Notes under the pieces: model-generated
The model's input: only the letters and a program-made list of their open reading frames with translations
Databases searched by the model: none
Told to the model about the DNA's origin: nothing
Shown: positions 18,621-29,311 of the stretch, piece by piece
Position numbering within the stretch: the stretch's first letter is position 1
Layout of the letters: each line of letters begins with the position of its first letter
Source of the DNA: an uncultured delta proteobacterium
GTDB lineage: Bacteria; Desulfobacterota; Binatia; JACPRU01
Assembly (NCBI GenBank): GCA_963745025.1
Contig: CAVUWD010000002.1
Span: forward strand, 160,001 to 224,000
DNA length: 64,000 nucleotides
Reading direction: 5' to 3'
Position numbers and translations under genes: made by a program

Positions 18621-19020
18621 CGGCCCCTCCTTCTTGATTGCGTTGATGTTATCGGAACGATCTCCGTTTGGATGGACTACTTCTATTCGACAGATCTGTA
18701 TAGCGGCCCGAGTCGGGTTGAGCGCCACTGTCCAAGCACCCCACTCGCGAGGATTCTCGCGCTCGACTCCCTTCGTCGCGAGACGTTGTTGAGACAGCTC
18801 CGTTCTCGTCCGGGGTGTCGAGCCGGGCTGGCCCACCCGTCACAAGTCCCCCGGGCTGAAGTCCCGTCTTCTTCGCTATCCGGTCGAGCATCCGCGGCCC
18901 AATCCTCGTCGTCGTGCTTCGAACGAGCCTCCCGTCTCCCGCTTGATTCGCCAGCCGATCTTGGCCCGAGCCGGAGATTTCCGTTCTCCAAAGACGCGCT
19001 GAGGCACGTTCCCAGAAAGC

Positions 19021-19051
19021 GCTGAAGCCCGTGATTCACACGGGCTTCAGC
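19021..19051 (-). terminator. Hairpin downstream of tRNA-Pro
   Basis: GCTGAAGCCCGTG attca CACGGGCTTCAGC, 13-bp stem, weak U tract. Confidence 0.6.
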
Positions 19052-19056
19052 TTCAA

Positions 19057-19130
19057 TCGGGGCGACTGGATTTGAACCAGCGACCACCTACACCCCAAGC
19101 AGGTGCGCTACCAGGCTGCGCTACGCCCCG
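19057..19130 (-). tRNA. tRNA-Pro (GGG), CCA not encoded
   Basis: CGGGGCGTAGCGCAGCCTGGTAGCGCACCTGCTTGGGGTGTAGGTGGTCGCTGGTTCAAATCCAGTCGCCCCGA cloverleaf. Confidence 0.95.
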
Positions 19131-19140
19131 CGACTCCGGA

Positions 19141-19169
19141 ACTCTATCCGAGGTCCCGTAGACCGTCAA
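19141..19169 (-). promoter_or_regulatory. Sigma70 promoter of tRNA-Pro
   Basis: TTGACG-17 bp-TAGAGT followed by a GC-rich discriminator. Confidence 0.7.
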
Positions 19170-19177
19170 ACACGCGT

Positions 19178-19207
19178 CTCACCTACGGGACACTCACCTA
19201 CGGGACA
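19178..19207 (+). repeat. Tandem 15-bp direct repeat
   Basis: CTCACCTACGGGACA x2; inverted core GTCCCGTAG at 19153-19161. Confidence 0.8.
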
Positions 19208-19247
19208 GTTGAACTCGGCCAGCGCATTCGTCAGTGTCTCGTCTGCC

Positions 19248-20918
19248 GTGAATGATCTCTCCGCTGACCGGGGCCAGGCACGGGGATCGGCTCCGCTGCC
19301 GTCCGGCGGGCTCCTCGGCCTCTTCGTGGTCTCGGCGCTCGCGCTCTTCCTAGCGCTCTTCTACACGCGCCATTTGCCGCTCATCGACCGCGACGAAGGA
19401 CGCTACGCCGAAGGGGCGCGCGAGATGCTCGCCTCGGGCGATTGGCTTGTCCCGCGTCTGTTCGGCGTGCCCTATCTGGAGAAGCCGCCGCTCTTCTACT
19501 GGCTGACGGCGGCCTCCTACCGCGTGGCGGGTGTCAACGAGCTCGGCGCGCGCCTCGTCTCGGCGCTCGCCGCAGCCGCCGGGGTGCTCGCCACGGGTCT
19601 CTTTGCCCGGCGTCTGTTCGGCGTCCGCGCCGGGCTCTTCGCCGCGGCCATCCTTGCGAGCAGCGGGCTCTACTTCGTGCTCGCCCGCGTGGCGATCACG
19701 GACACGCTCTTCGGCGTGCTGATCGCCGGGGCGATCATGACGTTCTTCTTGGCCGAATCCGAAGGCCGAAGCTTCTTTCCGTTCTGGGTCTTGGCGGCGG
19801 CCGCGACGTTGACGAAGGGGCCGGTTGCACCGGTACTCTGTGCGCTGACCGCGGCTGCGCACCTGGCGATCGCCGATCGCTGGGCGATCCTCCGCGCGCC
19901 GCGATTCTGGCTCGGGTTGCCGCTCTTCCTGGCGCTCGTCGTGCCGTGGTTCGCGCTGGTCGAGCTCGCTCACCCGAGCTTCCTGCGCTTCTACATCTAC
20001 AAGGAGCACATGCTGCGGGTCACCGGGGACGAGCACCGCCAACCATTCTACTGGTACGTTCCCTGGCTCCTGCTCGGCTTTCTGCCGTGGACTCCGCTGC
20101 TCATTGCGACGCTACCGAGGATTCGGCGTCGTCTGCAAGAACGGTCCCGCGCGGGAGTGGCCGCGCGCTTCATCGGAGTATGGGCGGCGGTGATTTTCGC
20201 ATTCTTCAGCATCCCACGCGGCAAGCTCGCGCCCTACATCCTGCCGATGTTTCCGGCGCTCGCGATTCTCCTCGGCGATGCCCTGGATCGCTGGATCGAA
20301 GCCGACGACACTGGCCGCGCCGTGCCACGGGCGTTCGTCGGCATTGGAATCGCCCTGCTGCTCGCGGTCGGCGGACTGCCGATCGGCGCAGGTTACTCTC
20401 CGGTAGCGATCCCGCCCGGTCTGGTGTTGCTCGCCGTGACGGCGACGCTCGGCGCGGGCCTTACGACACTTTGCCTCGCGCGCTCGCGGAGCTGGAAGCC
20501 GATCGCCGCCGTCGCCTCTTCGGTTGCGGCCATCGAGTGTGTGGCGATCGTCGTCGCCGCTCCCGTCGCTCCGTACTTCACCGCGCTTCCGGTGATCGAA
20601 ACGCTGCGCAAGCAGCTTCGGCCCGACGATCCGGTGGCCCTCTACAGCGGGTATTTCCCGAATCTGCCGTTCTATTTGCAGCGCATCCCGTACTTCGTGG
20701 TTGGGAACCGCGAGCTGGATTTCGGCGTCTCGGTCGATGGCCCCGGGCCGTGGATCGTCGAGGACTTGGATGAGCTGAAAGAGCGGGTCGGGGACAGGCG
20801 GCTGTTCATCGTACTACGCACACGGGAGAGCGACTTGCGGCGACTTCTGAATCTCCCCGGTGAAGCGCGCTTGCTCCACCGCGGGCGAACGTCGTCGCTG
20901 ATCGAGTACCGGCCGTGA
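19248..20918 (+). CDS. ArnT/GT83-family glycosyltransferase (lipid A modification type)
   Basis: DRDEGRYAEGAREM, YLEKPPLFYW, LTKGP, HRQPFYWY, KLAPYILP. Confidence 0.88.
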   Translation: MNDLSADRGQARGSAPLPSGGLLGLFVVSALALFLALFYTRHLPLIDRDEGRYAEGAREMLASGDWLVPRLFGVPYLEKPPLFYWLTAASYRVAGVNELGARLVSALAAAAGVLATGLFARRLFGVRAGLFAAAILASSGLYFVLARVAITDTLFGVLIAGAIMTFFLAESEGRSFFPFWVLAAAATLTKGPVAPVLCALTAAAHLAIADRWAILRAPRFWLGLPLFLALVVPWFALVELAHPSFLRFYIYKEHMLRVTGDEHRQPFYWYVPWLLLGFLPWTPLLIATLPRIRRRLQERSRAGVAARFIGVWAAVIFAFFSIPRGKLAPYILPMFPALAILLGDALDRWIEADDTGRAVPRAFVGIGIALLLAVGGLPIGAGYSPVAIPPGLVLLAVTATLGAGLTTLCLARSRSWKPIAAVASSVAAIECVAIVVAAPVAPYFTALPVIETLRKQLRPDDPVALYSGYFPNLPFYLQRIPYFVVGNRELDFGVSVDGPGPWIVEDLDELKERVGDRRLFIVLRTRESDLRRLLNLPGEARLLHRGRTSSLIEYRP

Positions 20919-21985
20919 GCTCATCCCCGGAGGCGAGGCTGCGCCGCATATTGGTCAAGGCGCCGAACTGGCTCGGCGACTTGGTGATGAGCTTGCCCGC
21001 GCTCGGCGCGGTGCGCCGCGCCTTCCCGGGCGCGGAGTTGGCCGTATTGGTCAAGCAGGAGCTCGCGGGCCTCTTCGACGGCTTGCGGTGGCTGGATCGG
21101 GTCATTCCGTACCGGATTCGCTCCGGCTTCGAGGGCGTGGCGGATCGCTGGCGGGTGATTTCGACCATCCGAGCCGGCGGCTACGACCTGGCCGTGCTCT
21201 TTCCGAAGAGCTTCCAGTCGGCGCTTTGGGTGACGATCGCGGGCGTGCCGCGACGTGCCGGCTTCGCCGCGCAAGGGCGAGGGCCGCTGCTCACCCATGC
21301 CGCTCGGCCGGCGCGTGACCCCCGGGGCCGTCACCAGAAGAACGACTATCTCGAGATGGTGCGCGATGCGGTCGGTACCGAGGCGTCGGGCGAGGAGGTC
21401 ACGCTCGAGGTTGGCGAACCCCGACGAGCGACCATGCGCGAGTGGTTGGCGAATCGCCGGCGGCGCGCGCACGCGCCGTTGGTCGCACTCGCGCCCGCGG
21501 CAGCCTACGGCCCGGCAAAGGAGTGGCCGGCGGATCGCTATGCGCGGCTGATCGATCGCCTGGAGGAGACGACCGGCGCGGAATGCGTCCTGGTCGGGAC
21601 GACGAGCGAACGAGCCAGGTGTGCGGAGATTGTCGCGGCGAGCCGTGTCGGCGCGATCGTCGCGGCCGGGGAGACCGACGTCGGCGATCTGGTCGCGCTG
21701 CTCTCCCTCTGCCACGGATTCGTCGGCAACGACTCGGGAGCCATGCACGTGGCCGGCGCGCTCGGCCTACCGACCGTCGGCATCTTCGGGTCGACGCGGC
21801 CCGACCGGACCGGTCCTGTCGGACCGCGAACGCGCGTGCTCTACGAGCGCATCGAGTGCAGCCCGTGTCTGGCGCGCACCTGCCGCTTCGGCCACTACGA
21901 CTGCTTGAAGCGGATCTCGGTCGAGCGTGCGCTCGAAGCACTCGCGAGCCTCGGGGGCCGCCCTGGCGAGGCGCGGTTTCTCTAG
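20915..21985 (+). CDS. waaF: LPS heptosyltransferase II (GT9)
   Basis: APNWLGDLVMSLP, AAYGPAKEWP, GNDSGAMHVA, CSPCLARTCRFGHYDC. Confidence 0.88.
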   Translation: MSSSPEARLRRILVKAPNWLGDLVMSLPALGAVRRAFPGAELAVLVKQELAGLFDGLRWLDRVIPYRIRSGFEGVADRWRVISTIRAGGYDLAVLFPKSFQSALWVTIAGVPRRAGFAAQGRGPLLTHAARPARDPRGRHQKNDYLEMVRDAVGTEASGEEVTLEVGEPRRATMREWLANRRRRAHAPLVALAPAAAYGPAKEWPADRYARLIDRLEETTGAECVLVGTTSERARCAEIVAASRVGAIVAAGETDVGDLVALLSLCHGFVGNDSGAMHVAGALGLPTVGIFGSTRPDRTGPVGPRTRVLYERIECSPCLARTCRFGHYDCLKRISVERALEALASLGGRPGEARFL

Positions 21986-22042
21986 GCGCCGTGCTGGTGT
22001 ACGATCACGCGATTTTCAGGCAAACCGCTAAGAGGAGGAGGG

Positions 22043-22654
22043 ATGCCCGGGCAGAAGGCGACCAACATCACGTGGCACGAGGGCGACGTCACCCGTGAGG
22101 AGCGAGAGGCGAACCTCGGACAGAAGGGGGCTACGCTCTGGATGACGGGGCTCTCGGCGAGCGGCAAGTCGACGATCGCGGTCGCGCTCGAGAAGGTGCT
22201 GCTCGCGCGCGGCAAGCACGCCTACCGGCTCGACGGGGACAACATCCGCTTCGGGTTGAACCGCAATCTAGGGTTCTCCGCCGAAGACCGCGCCGAAAAC
22301 ATCCGCCGAATCGGCGAGGTGGCGAAGCTCTTCAGCGACGCCGGCATCATCACCCTCACGAGCTTTATCAGTCCGTATCGTCGCGATCGCGACCTCGTCC
22401 GCAAGCTGCACGAGGACGTGAAGCTCCCGTTCCTCGAGGTCTACGTCGACTGCGCGATCGACGAAGCCGAGAAGCGCGATCCGAAGGGTCTCTACAAGAA
22501 GGCGCGGGCGGGGGAGCTGAAAGGGTTCACGGGCGTCGACGACCCGTACGAGGCGCCCGAGCGGCCGGAACTCGTGCTGCGCAGCGATCGGCTGAGCGTC
22601 GCCGAGTCGGTGGCGGAGCTGCTCGGAATGCTCGAGCGACTCCGGCTCATCTGA
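22043..22654 (+). CDS. cysC: Adenylyl-sulfate kinase
   Basis: [38 protein letters not shown]. Confidence 0.96.
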   Translation: MPGQKATNITWHEGDVTREEREANLGQKGATLWMTGLSASGKSTIAVALEKVLLARGKHAYRLDGDNIRFGLNRNLGFSAEDRAENIRRIGEVAKLFSDAGIITLTSFISPYRRDRDLVRKLHEDVKLPFLEVYVDCAIDEAEKRDPKGLYKKARAGELKGFTGVDDPYEAPERPELVLRSDRLSVAESVAELLGMLERLRLI

Positions 22655-22661
22655 GGCCCCC

Positions 22662-23168
22662 ATGAATGAACGAACCCTGCGATTCACCGAAGAGTGGTTC
22701 CGGCTTCTCGCCGAGGCGGCTCGTGGCACGCGCGCGGCGCAGGCGACGATCCGCAGCCTCGCGAGCCTCACCCCGGACAAGCTCGCGCGCGGGATCGTGC
22801 GCTGGCTGCCGGCGGGCGTCACTCCTCCAGCGCCCGAATCGCTCGTCAAGTGGACGGAGGATCTCTGGTCGAGGATCGGCGTCGTGCCCCGCTCCCGCTA
22901 TCTCGAGCTGCTCGAGCGCTACGAGGCGCTGCGCTCGCGTCTCGAGGAAGCCGAGGTGACGATCCAGCGGCTGAAGCGCTTGCTCTCCGAGAAGGGGCGC
23001 GAGGGTGACGCACAGAAGCTCCTCGATCTGTGGTCGAACACCGTCGGCGAGACGCTGCGATCACAAGCCGAGTGGATGCGGACCTTGATTGGCGGCTCTG
23101 GCGAGACTGCAGTGCGGTCGCGGCCGGTCAAGACGGGCGGCACGACGACGCGAAAGCGCAAGAGCTAG
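22662..23168 (+). CDS. Hypothetical coiled-coil protein (phasin-like)
   Basis: IGVVPRSRYLELLERYEALRSRLEEAE coiled coil, basic C-tail; co-oriented after cysC. Confidence 0.6.
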   Translation: MNERTLRFTEEWFRLLAEAARGTRAAQATIRSLASLTPDKLARGIVRWLPAGVTPPAPESLVKWTEDLWSRIGVVPRSRYLELLERYEALRSRLEEAEVTIQRLKRLLSEKGREGDAQKLLDLWSNTVGETLRSQAEWMRTLIGGSGETAVRSRPVKTGGTTTRKRKS

Positions 23169-23173
23169 CTATC

Positions 23174-23402
23174 CTAGCGAAGGTGCGGCTGACCGCCGAA
23201 GCCGTCACCCGGACAGGACGACTCTTCCCGAAGCGAGCCGGGTGACCTCGTCGCCCGGCGCGACGGTGAGGTCCGTGTCCGACCACGGAGGCAAGTTGCC
23301 CGGCAGGTGGAGCAGCTGCCACCCGGCGATCGGGCTCCCGGGTTCCCGCGACAGACGCTCGGCGAGAGACCGATACCGTTCGGCGAAGGTCATGGCCGTC
23401 AT
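23174..23402 (-). pseudogene. 5' remnant of a DUF3047 paralogue
   Basis: LHLPGNLPPWSDTDLTVAPGDEVTRLASGRVVLS aligns with LVELPADRPPWYDTGIDLAEGEFVTWLAGGRVYLS of 1606-2781; ATGA overlap with sat stop. Confidence 0.75.
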
Positions 23403-24562
23403 GACTGCCTCATCGCGCGGATCAGGATGTCGGCGACCTCGGGGCGCGAGAACTCCATCGGCGGGCGCTCGCCACGCGACAGCATCTCGCGCACCTTCGT
23501 GCCCGAGAGCGCGATGTGGTGCTCCCTGGGATGCGGGCAGGTCTTCGTCGAGGCCATGCCCTCGCAGCGCTCGCACCAGAAGGTATGCTCGTAGAAGAGC
23601 GGCGCGATGCCGATCTCCTCGGCGGAAAAGCCGTCGAAGATGCGGTGCGCGTCGTATGTGCCGTAGTAATTGCCGACCCCGGCATGGTCGCGGCCGACGA
23701 TGAAGTGCGTGCAGCCGTAATTCTTGCGCATCAGCGCGTGGAAGACGGCTTCGCGGGGGCCTGCATAGCGCATGTTCGCCGGCAACACGGAGAGCACGAC
23801 CCGGTCCGTCGGATAATAGTCCTTGATGAGCGCCTTGTAGCACTCCATGCGCACGGCAGCCGGAATGTCGTCGCCCTTGGTCTCGCCGACGAGCGGGTGG
23901 ATGAGGAGCCCGTCGCAGCTCTCGAGCGCGCACTTCTGCAGGTACTCGTGCGCGCGGTGGATCGGATTGCGCGTCTGGAAGGCGACGATGCGCTTCCAGC
24001 CCTTTTCCGCGAACCGCGCTCGGGTCTCGCCCGGGTCGAGGCGATGCTCCTGAAACTCGATCTCGCTGGGTCGATCGAGCGCCGTGACTTTGCCGCCGAG
24101 ATACACGTCCCCCATCTCGTAGATGGCTTTGACGCCCGGATGGGCCTCCTCGGTCGTGCGGTAGACCTCGCTCGCCTCGCGCTGCTTGTCGGGTCGATAG
24201 GTCTCGGCGAGATGCAGAATCGCGAGCGGCCTCCCTCCTTCTTCGACCAGAGCCACGTCGTCGCCGGGTCGGTAACCCTTCGCTTCGTTTGCGGTCACCG
24301 CGAGCGTCACCGGGATCGTCCAAGGCAGCCCACTCGTCAGGCGCATGCGCGTCACCACGGCATCGTAGTCGTCCTGGCCCATGAACCCCTCGAGCGGGCT
24401 GAACGCGCCGATCGCGATCATCTCGAGGTCGGAGATTTCGCGGCGGGTGAGCGTGATTCGCGGGAGCTTACCGACACGAGCAAGCCAGCGCGCTCGCTCG
24501 TCGCCGCCGACGAAGCGCTGAACGAGCGTTCCGCCGTGAGGCGCGATGGTTTCCGTCGTCAT
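23399..24562 (-). CDS. sat: Sulfate adenylyltransferase
   Basis: APHGG, AFQTRNPIHRAHEY, RYAGPREA, IVGRDHAG, SGTKVREML. Confidence 0.96.
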   Translation of the reverse strand: MTTETIAPHGGTLVQRFVGGDERARWLARVGKLPRITLTRREISDLEMIAIGAFSPLEGFMGQDDYDAVVTRMRLTSGLPWTIPVTLAVTANEAKGYRPGDDVALVEEGGRPLAILHLAETYRPDKQREASEVYRTTEEAHPGVKAIYEMGDVYLGGKVTALDRPSEIEFQEHRLDPGETRARFAEKGWKRIVAFQTRNPIHRAHEYLQKCALESCDGLLIHPLVGETKGDDIPAAVRMECYKALIKDYYPTDRVVLSVLPANMRYAGPREAVFHALMRKNYGCTHFIVGRDHAGVGNYYGTYDAHRIFDGFSAEEIGIAPLFYEHTFWCERCEGMASTKTCPHPREHHIALSGTKVREMLSRGERPPMEFSRPEVADILIRAMRQS

Positions 24563-24587
24563 CTTCAGTTCTCCTCGTAGAGGGATT

Positions 24588-25187
24588 TCAGTGGCAGCGC
24601 GAACAATCGGGGCGAGCGGGGAAGGGCGACGACCGGCACGCGGCTCGTGCGACGTCGATCTCGACGAGGCTCGCGCGGTCGTTGGAGGAGAGCTCGAGGA
24701 GCGCCCGCAGCGCTTCGAGCGCGAGAACGGTGCCGAGGATCTGTGGCGAAGCCTCTCCTGCCGATTGGCGGCCGGCGAGCTCCCGGAGGCAGGGAACGCA
24801 AGCATGCCCGGCCGGTAGATACGCTCGCCGCACCCGGTCGCCGCTCGCGGCACCCCAGATCACCGCGCAGGCGCTCGGAAGCGCCTCTGGCACAGTACGG
24901 CCGATCACGATCGTCACCGACGGCCGCCGCGGCTCGCGCACGAGGCGGCAATCCGGATTGCGCGCCGTGAGGTCGAGCGCGTTACCGAGACCGTCGCGTG
25001 GCTCGATGCCGACGCCGCTCAGCGTGCCGACGCCCGCTCCGGCCAGGTAGCTCGCGCAGACGAGCGCTGCGTCGCCGCCGCCGTGGATCGCCACCTCGGC
25101 GCGGAGCAGGCGCTCTTGGCCTTGGCCGCCGATCTCGGAGAGCACGATCTGGCGGGAGTAACGGTCGATCTGGGCGTCGGTGAGCAT
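24588..25187 (-). CDS. Degenerate ThiF/MoeB E1-like protein
   Basis: RYSRQIVLSEIGGQGQERL, YLAGAGVG, Zn CxxC pairs (CVPC, CSRC); lacks SNL.RQ and D..D motifs. Confidence 0.75.
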   Translation of the reverse strand: MLTDAQIDRYSRQIVLSEIGGQGQERLLRAEVAIHGGGDAALVCASYLAGAGVGTLSGVGIEPRDGLGNALDLTARNPDCRLVREPRRPSVTIVIGRTVPEALPSACAVIWGAASGDRVRRAYLPAGHACVPCLRELAGRQSAGEASPQILGTVLALEALRALLELSSNDRASLVEIDVARAACRSSPFPARPDCSRCH

Positions 25188-25191
25188 TATC

Positions 25192-25208
25192 GCTACCGGC
25201 TACCGGCT
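25192..25208. repeat. GCTACCG heptamer array (left arm)
   Basis: GCTACCG GCTACCG GCT; inverted partner at 25608-25623. Confidence 0.7.
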
Positions 25209-25276
25209 GTGGGATTCTCACGCACCGGGTGAAACGGAGCGAGGAAGATGCCGAAGTCGAGGCGGTCGATGGACAT
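25209..25276 (-). pseudogene. 5' remnant of LLM-class flavin monooxygenase
   Basis: RBS GGAG + MSIDRLDFGIFLAPFHPVRENPT, cut off at the heptamer array. Confidence 0.7.
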
Positions 25277-25410
25277 CAGTGGGTCTCCACAGGTGATTCG
25301 GACTTTTATGGCTGGCCGTGCGGCGGCATGCAATGCGGGAGTTGCGGGCTGTGGGCGGGGGCTTGCGGTTCCCGGAGGATCCCCCCTCGAACGCCTCGAC
25401 GGAGGGAGAG

Positions 25411-25582
25411 CGCGGTCGGTGGTGATCGGCCCGTACTCGGGTCGATCACCGCCGACCGCAACCGCGAAGCGCGGAACGCAATCAGCAGCGACCTGGTCTA
25501 TTGTCTTCCGCGCTTGCGCGCGGTGGCTGGAGCTTCCGGTCACCCCGCATAGACCGAGCGGGCCGACCGGAAACTCCAGCGC
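25411..25582 (-). repeat. Three-hairpin structured repeat, copy A
   Basis: Reverse complement of 35221-35390 with compensatory changes; CCGAGTACGG loop. Confidence 0.85.
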
Positions 25583-25607
25583 TGCGGAATCTCCGGCATT
25601 CGGCTTT

Positions 25608-25623
25608 GCGGTAGCCGGTAGCC
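25608..25623. repeat. CGGTAGC heptamer array (right arm)
   Basis: GCGGTAGCCGGTAGCC. Confidence 0.65.
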
Positions 25624-25627
25624 ACCG

Positions 25628-25906
25628 CTACTCGATCACGTTCTTCGCGATCGGCTCGACGCGGACGCCGAGCTCGGAGAGCCAGCGCAGCGCCGCGCTC
25701 ACCTCGCTCTCCTCGCCATCGACCTCGAGCGCGACGAGGCCGACCTCGGCGGAGATGTTCGCGCCGCGGATGTTGGTGACGACCCGGAACTTCTGGCCGA
25801 GCTGATGGATGATCGGCTCCTTCAGGAGCTTCGGCGGATACGTGAGGTAGACCTTCTCTCGCACGCTGCGGCTGGCGGAGCTCGGTTTGGAACGGACGGC
25901 CTTCAC
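25628..25906 (-). CDS. NIL domain protein
   Basis: LTYPPKLLKEPII, VVTNIRGANI, GVRVEPIAKNVIE. Confidence 0.85.
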   Translation of the reverse strand: MKAVRSKPSSASRSVREKVYLTYPPKLLKEPIIHQLGQKFRVVTNIRGANISAEVGLVALEVDGEESEVSAALRWLSELGVRVEPIAKNVIE

Positions 25907-26920
25907 GCCCTGGGCTCCGCTGAACCGAGCTTCTGCCAGCCGATCCAGAGATTGGTCGAGAGATAGCGGTCACCGAAGTCCGGGAACAGGACGACGATCA
26001 CGCCCTCCCGAAGCTCGCGGGCGACCTTCAGCGCGGCGAGCATGGCGGCTCCCGAGGACTGCCCGACGAACGAGACCTTCCTCGCGACCGAGGCGGTAGA
26101 CCATGTCGTACGCGTCCTCGGTGGACGCCGCGATCTTCCGATCGAGCTCTTGCTCGTGGTAGATGCCCGGCACGATCGAGCTCGCCATGTGCTTCAGTCC
26201 CTCGAGCCCGTGAAATGCGTCGTCGGGCTCGACGCGCGATCACTGCACGTCGCGCCGCTTGCGACTTCAGGAACCGTCCGGTCCCCATGATCGTGCCGCT
26301 GGTGCCGATGCCGGCGACGAAGTGCGTGACGCGGCCTTCGGTCTGCTGCCAGATCTCCGGGCCGGTCGTCTCGAAGTGGGCGAGCGAGTTCGCCTCGTTG
26401 TTGTACTGATCGGGCTTGAAGTACCGATCGCGGCCGGGCTCGTCAGGATCTTGCGGCAGAGCCGGATCGCGCCGTCGCGAGCCTTCGAGCGGCTCGCTGA
26501 AGATGATCTTGGCGCCGAAGGCGGCAATGATCTTCTTGCGCTCGATGCTCACGTTGCTCGGGCATCACCAGCTCGACGGGATAGCCGAGCGCCGCGCCGA
26601 TCATGGCGAGCGCGATGCCGGTGTTGCCGGACGTCGAGTCGAGGATCGTCTTGCCGGGCACGGAGCGCGCCGCTCGTCGAGGCCCTCCTGCGACCATCTG
26701 CAGCGCCGGCGCGATCCTTGACCGAGCCGCCCGGATTGAAGCCCTCGAGCTTGGCGAAGAGGCGGACGCCCGCGGGAGATCGCCGTCGCGCACGCTGCGG
26801 ATCTCGACCAGCGGCGTGTTGCCGATCGAGGTCGAGGACCGAAGGCGCCTCGGGCGGCGCTCGCCGAGTCGCTCGGCGGCGATCGGCGGTCGCGGCGGCG
26901 CGATCGGCTGCCGGCGCGTC
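25903..26920 (-). CDS. cysM: Cysteine synthase (CysM-like, PLP), multiple apparent frameshifts
   Basis: Pieces [61 protein letters not shown] in alternating frames; start uncertain. Confidence 0.8.
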
Positions 26921-27199
26921 AGCGGCCGCCGGCGATCGCCGGCACGATCGACAGCTCGTCGCCGTCCTTGACCGGCGTGTCGAGGTTGCTGGAGGAAGCG
27001 GATGTCGTCGCCGTTCACGAAGATGTTGACGAAGCGCCGCACCTGGCCGTCGCTCGTCGCAGATGCGCTCCTTGATGCCCGGATAGCGGCTGCTCGAGGT
27101 CGTCGACGATCGCGGCCGACGCGTCGCGCCCTCGGCGTCGACCTCCTCGGCGCCCCCGGTGAACTTGCGGAGCGGGGTGGGAATTCGAACCTGGACCAT
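26919..27199 (-). CDS. MoaD/ThiS/CysO-like ubiquitin-fold sulfur carrier (frameshifted)
   Basis: MVQVRIPTPLRKFTGG, RRFVNIFVNGDDIRFL, ELSIVPAIAGGR-stop. Confidence 0.82.
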
Positions 27200-27227
27200 G
27201 ACGCTCGAGTCCTCCTTGGAGTCGTTG

Positions 27228-28516
<1,289 letters not shown>

Positions 28517-28520
<4 letters not shown>

Positions 28521-29311
28521 AGCTCCTTCGAAAGCGGGCTCCGGTGGGGGGCCGAAGGTCCGCGAGGGTGCGCCTCGATCGTCGCACGTGGGCCACAGAT
28601 CGGACAGCGGGCGGAACGACGCAGTGGCACCTCGCGCATGCGAAGCGTGCGAGCGTCGATCGTGATCAGGCGATCCGCGGCAAGGTCGCCCGCGCCGCGC
28701 AGGTATTTGACGGCTTCACGACCCTCGAGCGCGCCAATCATGCCGGCGAGCGGACCGAGGATGCCGGCTTGCTGGCAGGAGGTGATCTCGTCCTCCGTAG
28801 GGGGCTCCGGGAAGAGGCAGCGAAGGCATGCGCTCTGGCGCGGTAGGATCGTCATCAGCTGACCGCGCAGGCCGACGACCCCCGCGTGGACGAGCGGCTT
28901 CGCGCGCAGGACACAGGCATCGTTCAGCAGGAACTTTGCGGGAGCGTTGTCCGTCGCATCGATCACGAAGTCGTAGCCTCGCAGGATCTCTTCCGCGTTC
29001 GCCGTGGTCAGCCGCTCGGCATGCAGACCGATTTGGAGCGACGGGCGGATGGCGGCGAGCTTCTGCGCGGCGACTTCGGCCTTCGGGCGGCCGATGTCGG
29101 CGGTACCGTGAAGCAGCTGTCTATGCAGGTTCGAGAGTTCCACGCGGTCCCCATCGACGAGGCCGATCCGATCGATTCCGTTGACGACGAGCTCGATCGC
29201 CGCGGCGGTGCCGAGTCCGCCGACGCCGACGACCACGACGGCGCCACGAACCCTTCCGCACTTGTCGCGAAGCCGAGACAAGGGGGTCAAGCTAACATCG
29301 GAAACGGTCAA
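28517..29311 (-). CDS. ThiF/MoeB/HesA family adenylyltransferase (E1-like)
   Basis: VGVGGLG, DGDRVELSNLHRQ, IDATDN, CLRC, SCQQAGILG, CPIC. Confidence 0.92.

Noticed and set aside
18620-19020. Integron integrase or attI site
   Set aside because: No tyrosine-recombinase motifs in any frame and no convincing attI; ORFs here look like shadow frames.
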